From: Dendrobates tinctorius
Taxonomy: Eukaryota
DNA: 64,000 nucleotides
Reading direction: 5' to 3'
Assembly (NCBI RefSeq): GCF_039654945.1
Contig: NW_027361677.1
Span: 21,638,001-21,702,000 of the forward strand
In this document: positions 14,001 to 25,300 of the stretch, in pieces
Layout of the letters: every line of letters begins with the position of its first letter
How positions within the stretch are numbered: position 1 is the stretch's first letter
The notes under the pieces: generated by a model
The model's input: only the letters and a program-made list of their open reading frames with translations
Databases searched by the model: none
What the model was told of the DNA's origin: nothing
Position numbers and translations under genes: made by a program

Positions 14001-15061
14001 ACATTGTGTGGAGGTCTGTACCAGATGCCGCACACTGGTGACGGACGGTCCCGGCTCACCTCCATGGTGTAGTGCAGGTCGCCCATCACCTTCCCGGCTA
14101 ATCCATCCTGTTCCCGGGCTTCGATCTCTCCCTGCAGCTCCATCAGTAACCACTCCGCAGGCTGCCCCTGGACGTCCCTGTAATGACAGAGGGTGAGATC
14201 AGCGCGGCCGGTACCATCATAGTCTGGGATACGCACTGACAGCAAAGGGTCATTTACATCCTGGCAGACTGGAGGCACCACCTGCAACCTCTGCAGGATC
14301 TCACACCCACAGGGCATGATGGGAATTGTAGTTCTACAACAGTTACAGAATCAATAGCTGTACGTGCTGGGATTTATAGTCGCACAGCTGTGACGTTATA
14401 TACCACAGGGCATGCTGGGATTTTTAGTCCCAACTGAATCAACCACAGGGCGTGCTGGGATTTGTAGTCCCAACTGAATCAACCACAGGGCATGCTGGGA
14501 TTTGTAGTCCCAACTGAATCAACCACAGGGCATGCTGGGATTTGTAGTCCCAACTGAATCAACCACAGGGCATGCTGGGATTTGTAGTCCCAACTGAATC
14601 AACCACAGGGCGTGCTGGGATTTGTAGTCCCAACTGAATCAACCACAGGGCGTGCTGGGATTTGTAGTCCCAAATGAATCGACCACAGGGCATGCTGGGA
14701 TTTGTAGTCCCAACTGAATCAACCACAGGGCATGCTGGGATTTGCAGTCCTACAATAGGCCCATAATTAGAATGACAGGACATGTTGGGAACTGTAGTTA
14801 TCCCGCAGCTACAGAATGAAAGGCAGGGCTTGATGGGACTTGTATTCGCCTTTACATAAAGCATGGTTGGGACTACTGGAACTTATGGAATTCTACAGGA
14901 CTTACAGAATCAGGAAAACAAGACATGCTGGGACGTGTAGTACTACACGTCTGTAGGAAGGGGATTGGACAGGCGATGTGTGCAGGGTATGAGTGAGACA
15001 GGACGTGCTGGGACTAGTAGTTCTACAGCATAACTGACCTGGACACAACTATCTGCACCAT
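11018..15061 (-). CDS. chtf8: Chromosome transmission fidelity factor 8; coding exons 15061-15039, 14177-14060, 11245-11018 (122 aa)
   Basis: Spliced translation [29 protein letters not shown]...[23 protein letters not shown]...[17 protein letters not shown] is recognisable as CTF8. Exons of 23+118+228 nt, GT-AG, in phase. Confidence 0.96.
11466..12976 (+). mobile_element. Tc1/mariner transposon relic in CHTF8 intron 2 (frameshifted transposase)
   Basis: TA-flanked TIR CAGTGGAGA..ATTTGATA.ACTG at both ends. Transposase remnants MAKTKDLS (11825), [38 protein letters not shown]. Confidence 0.9.
12661..12703 (+). ncRNA. Degenerate minimal type-I hammerhead ribozyme (PLE type) inside the Tc1 relic
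   Basis: CTGAGGA-A-GAGGAG(ccatgaa)CTCCTC-GAAA-CACG-TT-GGT: intact core and 6-bp stem II; stems I and III imperfect. Confidence 0.7.
13539..13829. mobile_element. Harbinger-like MITE (GCGGA/TCCGC-rich family)
   Basis: TIR GGGTATGTGCACACGTTGCGGATT / AATCCGCAATGTGTGCACATACCC; TTA on the left flank. Confidence 0.8.
14401..14750. repeat. 40-bp minisatellite (~8.7 copies) AACCACAGGGCATGCTGGGATTTGTAGTCCCAACTGAATC in CHTF8 intron 1
   Basis: Exact 40-bp period visible. Each unit contains the reverse complement of ACTACAAATCCCAGCATGC. Confidence 0.95.
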
Positions 15062-15201
15062 CCTGCTCCGCGGCCGCCCCTGAGGGAACTGAACTTGGCG
15101 CCTCAGCGAGGAGGGGCGGGACCTGAGCGGTGACGTGTTTCCGCTTCCGGTTCACTGAGCAGCACACGTGAGGAGGAGCGGGAGCAGCGCCGGTGGAGAC
15201 G
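15062..15201. promoter_or_regulatory. CHTF8/UTP4 bidirectional CpG-rich promoter, including probable non-coding UTP4 exon 1 (donor GTGAGT at 15202)
   Basis: Head-to-head genes. GC box GGGGCGGG 15113-15120, half-CRE TGACGT 15131-15136, tandem ETS/GABP-type TTCCGCTTCCGG 15139-15150, E-box CACGTG 15165-15170. Confidence 0.8.
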
Positions 15202-16063
15202 GTGAGTGTGCTGTATACCGACTGTACCTGGCATTATATATTCCTTCCCCCAATACTGGAGCTTTCTGAGGGTCTGTGCTCAGCAGTTCGTGGCTTTCCA
15301 GTCATGGCAGAACTACAATTCCCAGCGTGCCTTCACATCTCAGGACATGCTGGGTGCTGTAGTTCTGCAGCCTGTGAAGAATTCCACATTGCTGACCACT
15401 GACATCCATAGACCCAATACCTCCCCAGCATATGGGGCTCGGACCCCTCCATCGGCCGCTGTGGGGTGAGCTGTAGGGTTGGGGTGTTCTGTGTTCCTTG
15501 CGGGTTGTTGAGATGTCGCTCGCGGTCTTCAGTGATTGCAGCGTCTGGAGGGGGATAAGACCGGATCAGAGCAATCTCCAATCCCGGCCATTGCTGCAGG
15601 GTGTCCATTATATGATATGGCAGCCTGCGCCGTACATGTGGGGTTATAGAGCCATGTAGGGGGCCGCTCCGGGGCTAGACGGGCCCTCAGTCGCTTTGTT
15701 TCTTCTCTTCCTCGCCTTCGTTTGTATTTTCGGGTCCATCCGGCTGTGTCCGGCCCGCTCTGTGCGGTAAGAGCTGTGGTTTTTATCGTTACCATTGTGG
15801 GGCCTGTATGACGTTCTGATCCCTTTTTATTCTAATTCTTTTGGAGATGAAGTAGCGTTTAACTTGTTTTTACATTTCTCACTTGTGCAACACATTGCAA
15901 TACTATAATATCACAATCTTTTGAAAAAACTATCCCTCTCCTATGGAGCCCAGTTTCACAATTGACAGCAAGCAACTAAGAGGTTAACCTGCTGTGGTCA
16001 GACATTGATGTAGCAAATGTCTCGGTGACACTTTGCCACCAGCCCTGGTCCGTGGGCTCATAT

Positions 16064-16295
16064 GGGCTGCTCAGTGGTTAGCACTGTTGCCTTGCAGTCC
16101 TGGGTTCAAGTCCCACCAAGGACAACATCTGCAAGGAGTTTGTATGTTCTCCCCGTGTTTGTGTGGGTTTCCGCCCTCATTCCAAACACATGCTGATAGG
16201 GAATGTGGATTGTGAGTCCCAAATGGGGACAGTGATGGTAATGTATGTAATGCACTGTAGAATATAATGGCGCTATTTAAGTAATGCATAATAAT
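16064..16295 (+). mobile_element. tRNA-derived V-SINE in UTP4 intron 1
   Basis: A-box-like GCTCAGTGG, B box GGTTCAAGTCC, V-domain GGAGTTTGTATGTTCTCCCCGTGTTTGTGTGGGTTTCC, and an L2-like tail ending GGCGCTATTTAAG...ATAATAAT. Confidence 0.8.
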
Positions 16296-16328
16296 TGCCA
16301 AATTCGTTTCTTATGTTATTTTGTAAAG

Positions 16329-19300
16329 ATGGGGGAATTCACGGTGCACCGCGTCCGCTTCTTTGACTATGTCCCGTCTGGCGTGCGCTGTATGGCATAT
16401 TCAGACCAGACCGATAGACTCGCTGTGGCTCGTAATGATGGATCTATAGAAGTTTACAACTTTTCTGCCAACTACTACCAGGAAAAGGTATAAAAATAAA
16501 TGCACATAGTGTTGTCGATGTCCAGCTATTTCGAAACTACAACTCCCTGTATGGATTTTTTTTTTGTTAACGGAAAGTTAGTATATGACCGTGTTTGTTG
16601 TGCAGATTATTCCTGGAGATGACAGGAGGTCCACGGAGTCCATTTGCTGGGCGGCCGCCGGTGAGCGGCTTTTCTCTTCTGGTCTGAATGGAGAGATCAT
16701 TGAGTATGATCTGAACAGGCTCTGTGTTAAATATTCCTTGGATGCTTTCGGAGGACCCATCTGGGGCATTGCGGCCAATCCCAGCAGCACCCACCTTGCT
16801 GTACGTACCACGTCCTTCACATTTGTACTTAATCCTTGTTTTAGTTGTGTGATCTCCATTCATTTCATTGCTGCTGCATTTCTTTACATTGTAGGTTTGC
16901 TGTGAAGATGGCTCTGTGAAGCTTTTTAGCATTACACCCGAGAAAATTGTCTTTGAGAAGATCTTGGATCGGCAAAAAGGTGATTGCTGGACGATTATTT
17001 GATGTAGTCGCCTTCTTCTGGCTGATGCTGATGGACAAATGTCACCTAATTTTTTTTTTCTCTATCTCCCTGTGCAGATCGTATCCTATGTCTGGCGTGG
17101 CATCCATCAGGATCTCAAATTGTCACTGGTTCTGTCAATGTCATCAAAGTATTCAGCGTCTCATCAGGTGAATATGACGCAGGGTGTGTGGTCACATCAA
17201 AGTAGAAAGCTTTTGCAACTCTGGTCATATTGGGATACTGCACTGGATTTTACTGTTGTTGTATCCTTTTTGAGGATTTGAAGTGGTTTTCCAAGCTTGG
17301 GGTTCAAGTGTGCAGTCACTCTGTGACTGTAGACTTGTATGTCCTTACAGTTTGCTGGCAGTATAGTGACCGCAGAATTAAACCCCAAGCCCGGAAACAC
17401 GTTTAATGCTTAATTACATAGTCCCATCTTAAAAAGTACAGGTATATGGCGAGGCTTGAACCTCATTTAATGATCTGTCAGGGTCCGACCTGCAACACTG
17501 GTTCCTGCAGTGTTCCTCTGGCTGAAAACTGTGCAGAGAAACATGAGCCACCCTAATAACTTTATAGAAGCTGCACTTAAACAAGTAGCCTTGAACACCC
17601 CAGCTGCTCAAATCTTGTCTGTAAATCTATGTACAGTAATGGATCAAATGAAACCTGCTGCCTGTAACAGTTTATGGAGAGGGAATGAAGGCAAAGCTGG
17701 AGGGTACTAATAGCATTAAAAAAAGCACAAGGTTAAATTGCTGAGCTTTCTAGTGCAGAGCGGAAAGTGCAAAAACTGCAGGACACAAGTAATGTAATGG
17801 CCAAGCCCAGTACTAGTGTTATTCCTTGTGTACACTCGATACCTTATTCTGAAATGGCACATGAAATTACTGGTATGGCATATGCTATAGATTGGAGCAA
17901 ACGTGTCTCTAGATGTAAGAAGAAACCCTTAGGAGATTAATGTAAATGCATTGGATTAAAGTTTATGGCCAACTTTTTAAAAGGGAGAGATACCCCGCAG
18001 CCTGCACCCGCTGGGCATTAGGCACCACACAGTGATTCAATTGTTTTTTTTGAGTGTTTCTCTTGAAGGGAGTCTGTCACTGCAAAATGACTTTTCAAAC
18101 CAAGCACAAACGTTCGGTGCACCCTTGGGGTGGCTGAGCAGTTCAATGCACTACCAAGCTTGTTTTCGATTTATCTCTATTCTCTTGCAAAGCCAGAGCT
18201 GTCAATCAGAGAGGAAGAGGAGGAGGTGAATGAAGAAAAAAAAAAAGTTGATGGGAAGTTGCACTGAACTTCTCTGCCATCCCAAGGGTGCACTGAACAA
18301 CTGAGCCTGGTTTGATCAGTCATTTTGTACAGACTGATAAAATATCATATCTATATGACACTGTTGGTGTCTTGGGAAATCCTGACTCTGGGCACAAACG
18401 CACTCTGCACCCAGCTTAGTCTAACATATGTTGATTCACATTAGGTCACCTTCTACATACAATGAAGCTGGACCTCCGGCCGGTGAGTGGGAGGAAGCGT
18501 GAATGCATTGTGTGGAGTGTGGCCGTCCTCTCCTGCGGAGAAATCGTCAGTGCAGATTCAACAGGAAAACTGCAGTTCTGGGAGATAAAGAACGGAACTC
18601 TTCTCCGCACGTACAACGTGGCCAGCTGTGACCTCCTGTGTCTCGCCGTGGCCAAGGTGATACTCCTGCTCACTGGGTGTTTGTGTTATAAGCTTCTGAA
18701 TTACAATTCTCACCCGTCCTGTTGTTTGTCCTGCAGACAGAGGACAGCCTGCTGGTGGGCACGGCTCAGGGCGTCATCTTCCAGTTCCAGCATTTGTCCG
18801 TTCAAGCAGGAAAACCAGAACAGCAGTGGATTTGCACAAAGCCATTTCGATATCACACTCACGACGTAAGAGCTGTAGCGCACAGCAGCACCGCTCTCAT
18901 CTCTGGTGGTACGTCAGACACCCACCCCCCACCTGCGGATTAGTTTAGAAGTCACTTTCTCCTGCATTGTTTCTAAAGCTTCTCCTTGTCTTCACAGGTG
19001 TTGATGGTCACATTGTTTCCCGGCCGTTGATGGAAAAGGTGCAAACTAAATCCTACGAAGCTGCTCTAAGAAAAATAACTTTTCCACACGTAAGTCTGGA
19101 TATGGCTGATAAAAGTTACTATCCCATGCAGGGATGTTTATTGTTAATCTGTCTCTTTCAACAGCGCCATCTTATATCTTGTGCCCAAGCCTCCCGACTG
19201 CTTCTCTTCCAGTTCCCTGAACATCTTGAGTTGTGGCGACTGGGACAGACAAATGAATCAGGTAAGCGGGTCAAAACATCAAATACCTATATTAATGAGG

Positions 19301-22300
19301 AAGCTGTGAGCTCACAATTTATGCATCAGGTATTTCTAAGAAAGTCAGACTTGTTGCTTCCTCTGTACTGTACACTGCATCTCTGCTTATTCCCATTTAA
19401 TAATGTATGAGCACGAGGGAAGTGGTTAAAGGGGTAGTTTCTTTTCAATAAGGCTAGTGTAAAATAGGAACTACACCCCCTAGTCAGAGAGAGAGATTAA
19501 ATACTGTATTTTGCAGATTATAAGACACACCTCAAATTTTTGGAAGAAAAATAGGGACATTTTTTAAAAATAAAATGGTGGTGCTTGTTATAACAAGCTT
19601 TTACAGTAGCTAACCTGAGGCATGGCTGTAGAGTGGGGTCCCAGGTGGTAGGGTTGCTGCCGCAGAAAGTTGGGGAGGCAGGAGATGCTTTGGGCCCCAG
19701 GCTGGTTGGATGTGGTGGTTTTTGTGAAAGCCCGCATTGAAAAGCATGGAAAGTGCGGGACCGCTGGCTTTCACAAAATGTCGGCGGAGCCCTTGCACCA
19801 CCAACCACCCCCTCTTATCAGCCTGGGACTCACAGCTTTGCCCCACTCCTGCTGCCAGCTGGGATTCCGTTCCACCACAGCCGGGAAGCTACATTCGGAT
19901 GAAAAGATCCACCCCCAATTTCCCCCCAAATTTAAGGGGGGAAAAAGTGCATCTTGTAATCCAAAAAATATAGTATTTGCTACATGTGTAATAACCATTA
20001 AGGGGGTTAACTAGGACTAGTTAATTTCTCCTTCCCCCATAATGTCACCCGTACATCCGTGGTGCCATCACGGGTTCTGAGAAATCCTGTTACCGGTAAG
20101 TATCTGTGTCTTTCTCCTTCCCCCATGACTGCACCACGGATGTACAGGTGCCGTCATGGGCTCTGAGAAGTTCTGTTACCGTTAAGTGTCTATGTCCTTC
20201 TTTTTTTTTTTTTTCTTTTTTTTTTTTTTAAACTATGGCCCTAAGAACTTAAGAGGCTGGTACCTACTGGCCTCTTGTGCTTGGCGCTGATCTCAGCAGT
20301 CACAGACCTCCTCTGCTGGCAAGTCTGTGGCTTCCACTGACATCACATTAACAGAGTAGCGGCTTCTTTTCCGCTCTGCCCTGATGACGGGGCAGGCGTG
20401 ATTGACGACGTAATGTTGATAGGCAACGGGTAGCTGGCAGTCAGTGTGCATGGAGCCGACTGTCAATCAGCATGATGCCAGCAGTCATGCCCTGTTGACA
20501 AAGCAGCCCAGAAGAAGAGCTGCTGTGTTGATGTGAAGCAGCAAAATCGTTGGGAGGAGGTCCATGACAGGTTTGAGCCGACACCGGATAGAGCAGGCAG
20601 GTAGTTAGCAACTACCTGCCTGTTTACTTTTTAGGCCCATAGTAAGAAAAAATATATATAGACAACCCTTTTAAATAAGCGTGAATCCTGGAAATTTGCA
20701 ATAAATATTTACATCATAACTGCTTTGGTCGCTCAAAAGACAGTCCAGACGGTGAAATACTCATCAAATAAGAAAACTTTAGAAAGCCAGTTGGATAGGA
20801 TAAGTGATAATTTATTATGTATAGCCTACAAATAATTGGCGCCGTCAGATAATTATGAAAGCTTTCATTTTTGGAACTTTGTTGTAGGTATCGATGGGGA
20901 TCTTCTAAATGTCAGTCAGGAAGAAGAACTTCTTTTGCAGCTGAAGAGAAAGGTGAGCAATGCCAGTGGGTGGCAGCACTGAGTCACTGGAGCGAGGGGT
21001 TGGAGATATGCGTGGTTCATGCAGCCATCTATATATTTTGCACTGGCTCTTCGGTGCAAAAACATAAGGAAAAAATGCTAAAAAAAATATCCCAACTGTG
21101 TGTGTGCGCAAATATATATGCACATACATATGTCAAAGCATTGCCTAATGTGTTTAGGTTTGTTGGGGGTGACCACTCTCATTTTCTTTCTCTTTCAGGG
21201 GTCTGAGTGTATTCGCTGTAGCGCCATCTCCCGCTGTGGCTCATGGCTTTCTTATGCCACAACCTCCCGTCTGTTTCTTCATAGGCTGCACTACGACAAC
21301 AACAATATAAGTATCACCCGGGTGAGTTTGATCTGCCGAGCGCCAAACACACGCAGACTCAAACACTGTATATTATATATCCTCACATAATAAATGTCTT
21401 TTATCTTGAAACAGGTTCCCAAAGTGCCTCAGACTGGAGCTCTGCAGCTTCTTTTCTCCCCTGACTCTAAACGGCTCTACATAGGGTCAGAGGGGGGACG
21501 CGTTCATGTCCTAGAGCTATCGGAGGGTGCTTGCCAACACCGTCACACCCTGGAGCCGCCAACAGGTACTGGAAATCATATTGTTATATAGAAAAAAAAA
21601 TCTGATCAGAAGAACATCATGTCCGCGGTGCTGGCTGGCGCGGTTATCAAAACCAGCGGCACTTCTGTACACGCACCTTTGTGCTTTTTACTGAGGCCAT
21701 TTTGTTTTGCTGTTTTGGAGGTTTCTGGAGTATAACCCTCAACAGCCTCAAATTGATTAAGGTCACCAATTTGTGATTCCCTAAAAACCTCCCATAGTGT
21801 ATGTTCACTTGATGCCTATTTCACTGATTTTGGCTCATAATTCTGCTTAAAATCTATTGATCAACCACCTCCAGCTTCAACTAGTAAAGTTGTCCACCTC
21901 TGATTTTAAAATCTACGTCATGGGGGGGGGAAAAAAAAAGAATAGTTAACTTGTTAAGGTTTGTTCACATGGATTTTTTTGTTTTTTTAAAGCTGAAAAA
22001 TGTAACCTGGATTTCCATGTCAAAATCCATGCATTTTTGGGGGGGAATTTTAGCTACTCCGTGCCTTTTAGATGCCGGGGAACACGCTGAGGTTTTGTGC
22101 CCCTGAGTGATCTGTCCCTGTTCACATATTGGGAGAGACCTGTCAATCAAGGGCAGCGGACAAGCCTGTTGGACTAGTCTCTTATGCGGCTCTGTAGTTT
22201 GTAAAGTGTGTTTTTCCCTGATGCATACTGCCTGTAGATTGAGCTGCATGTATCAGGTTCCTTTTTAAGCTGTTAAAATAAGCTCAGAAAGGCTGAACAT

Positions 22301-25300
22301 GTGAACAGTAAGTCATTTTGACATTGCCGGGCATCTGTTCATTCTTTTTAGTTATTGTAAATGTTTTTCGAGTGGACTCTGCCTGAAAAAGACGTCGTGT
22401 TTCACATAACCTTATGCTGTTTTAGAAGTGGTTTTGAAGAGGTTTTTGAAGCTTTTACTGGTTTTCTTTTGATTATGTTTGGAGTGGATGATGTAAGGAA
22501 TCTGCATCAAAGTAGTAACTTGTCCCTTTTATTTTGTTCTCTTTCCCCACTGCAAGATTTTCAAAATAAGGAAGCATGTTGCCATAAAATACGCATTGCT
22601 TTATTAAAGTACATACAAGACACACATACATAATAAAAGGAGATGTGTATACCAGTGGGTGTCACAGATACATAGCATCCAAAAAATGGAGAATAGAGGG
22701 CTCAAAACACAATACTGTACCGCCAAAAAAGAAATACAATATGATCATCATGTGGGCGCTGTATTATAATTTACTGTAGTCATGCGCCCAAATGTATCAT
22801 ATACTACTATAATTGTATACCATTCACCACCCAGGACGAAGCTAAGGCGAAACGCGCGTCGGGGATTGCGGTGTCACAGGTCATGTATACTCCTTTATGA
22901 GGGACTGCTACCATATAAATTTAATGGGGGTAAACTTGTTTGTATTATGCCCCCTGACTTACCGTCAGGATGATGTTCACACTCAGGATTTTCCATGTAT
23001 ACAATTATAGTAGCATATGATACATTTGGGCGCATGACTACAGTAAATTATAATACAGCGCCCACATGATGATCATATTGTATTTCTTTTTTGGCGGTAC
23101 AGTATTGTGTTTTGAGCCCTCTATTCTCCATTTTTTGGATGCTATGTATCTGTGACACCCACTGGTATACACATCTCCTTTTATTATGTATGTGTGTCTT
23201 GTATGTACTTTAATAAAGCAATGCGTATTTTATGGCAACATGCTTCCTTAGTCTGTTAGGTTTACATATTTGGTGGGAAGCGCCATGTTTTCTAAGGCCC
23301 TTGTTGTGGGAAGATTTTCAAAATGTTGGTAAAAAAGAGAGCAAAACATGCAAAAAAGATGGATTTTTGGTTCTTACCGTAAAATCTCTTTCTTGGAGCC
23401 TTCATTGGGGGACACAGAATACCATGGGTGTATGCTGCTGCTGCTAGGAGGCTGACACTATGCAAAAACAGAAAATTAGCTCCTCCCCGGCAGTATACAC
23501 CCACCGACAGGCACCAAGCACCTCAGTTGGTGAAAAAGCAGTAGGAGAAGCAACGAGAAAAACTCGAAACATATGTACCAACCCAACAAGGGACTCTAAG
23601 ACCCAACACGGTACAACTTAAACAGGGAGGGTGCTGTGTCCCCCAATGAAGGCTCCAAGAAAGAGATTTTATGGTAAGAACCAAAAATCCATCTTTCTTT
23701 ATCGCCTTATTGGGGGACACAGAATACCATGGGACGTCCCAAAGCAGTCCCAAGGGTGGGAACAGCAAAAAGGAATGAAAGTAACCGAAAGGCTCAGGTC
23801 GGCCGGTGCGCCACCGCCGCCTGCAGAACCTTCCTACCAACCACAGCATCAGACGAAGCCTGGGTATGAACCCTGTAGAACCTCGTGAAGGTGTGCAAAG
23901 ATGACCAGGTTGCAGCCTTGCAAATTTGCATGCCCGAGGCCTGGTGACGAGCAGCCCACGAAGCCGCCACAGCCCGGGTGGAGTGAGCTCTTACTCCCGG
24001 AGGGGGCCGCTTTTCCTGAAGACGATACGCTTCCAGAATGGTAGAACGAATCCAGCGAGCGATCGTGGATTTGGAAGCCGGAAGGCCCTTCTGACGACCT
24101 TCAGAGATGATCAGCAAGGAATCGGACAGACGAAAGGAAGAGGTCCTGGCAAGATAGACACGCAGGGCTCTAACTACGTCCAGTTTGTGGAGAGACTTCT
24201 CAAGAGGATGAGACGGAGCGGGACAAAAAGAAGGAAGGACGATATCCTCATTGATATGGAAAGCACCTTTGGAAGAAAAGAAGGAACGGGCCTGAGGACG
24301 GCTTTGTCCTGATGGAGAATGAGGTAAGGGGAACGACATGACAAGGCCGCCAATTCAGAAACCCTTCTGATGGATGAAATGGCGATCAAAAAGGTGACCT
24401 TCCAAGAGAGAAGGGACAAAGGGATGTCCTGGAGAGCGCCAAGAACGAGGTTGAGATCCCACGGATCTATTGGCGAATGATGAGGAGGAGCCACGTGGGA
24501 AACCCCTTGCAGAAAAGTTTTGACCTGTGGTAGAGAAGCTAGCTCTCTTTGGAAGAGGATAGAGAGAGAGGAAACTTGGCCCTTGAGCGTACTGAGGGAC
24601 AGACCCGCGTCCAACCCAGACTGAAGAAAACCAAGGATAGATGGGATAGAAAAGGACATTGGGAAGACTCCTTTATCATCACACCAACGGAAAAAAGCCT
24701 TCCAGTACCTATAGTAAATGCGGGAAGAAGCTGGTTTCCTGGCTCTGATCATAGTTTGAATAACCTGACTGGACAGACCTGATTACTTCAGAATTGCGGT
24801 CTCAACGGCCATGCCGTCAAACTCAGAGACTGAGAATTCTCGTGGTAAAGGGGGCCTTGCGAGAGAAGGTCTGGACGGTCCGGAAGCCTCCAGGGAACGT
24901 CCGCGAGCATGTTGACCAGTTCCACGTACCAAGGCCGTCTTGGCCAATCTGGAGCGACTAGAATCACTGGTACGCCTTCCGATTTTATCTTTTTGACCAC
25001 CCGAGGGATCAATGCCCGAGGCGGGAACAGATACGGAAGTTGAAACTGGGACCACGGAGTCACCAGTGCGTCGCATGCGACGGCTAGAGGGTCCCTGGAC
25101 CTGGCTACGAACTGTGGCACCTTGTGGTTCATCCGAGAAGCCATGAGATCGACATCCGGGGTGCCCCAACGGTCGCATATCTGAGAGAAAACCACGGGGT
25201 GCAGGGACCATTCGCCGGACGCTAGGCCCTGGCGACTCAAAGTCGGCTGCCCAATTTTCCACCCCTGGAATATGGACGGCGGAGATTGTCGGAACGTAAC

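Noticed and set aside
14401-14750. CRISPR-like array
   Set aside because: Units are contiguous with no unique spacers, and the context is eukaryotic. The same applies to 41426-41968.
16064-16135. tRNA gene
   Set aside because: A/B boxes belong to a SINE head; there is no cloverleaf and the sequence continues into the V-domain.
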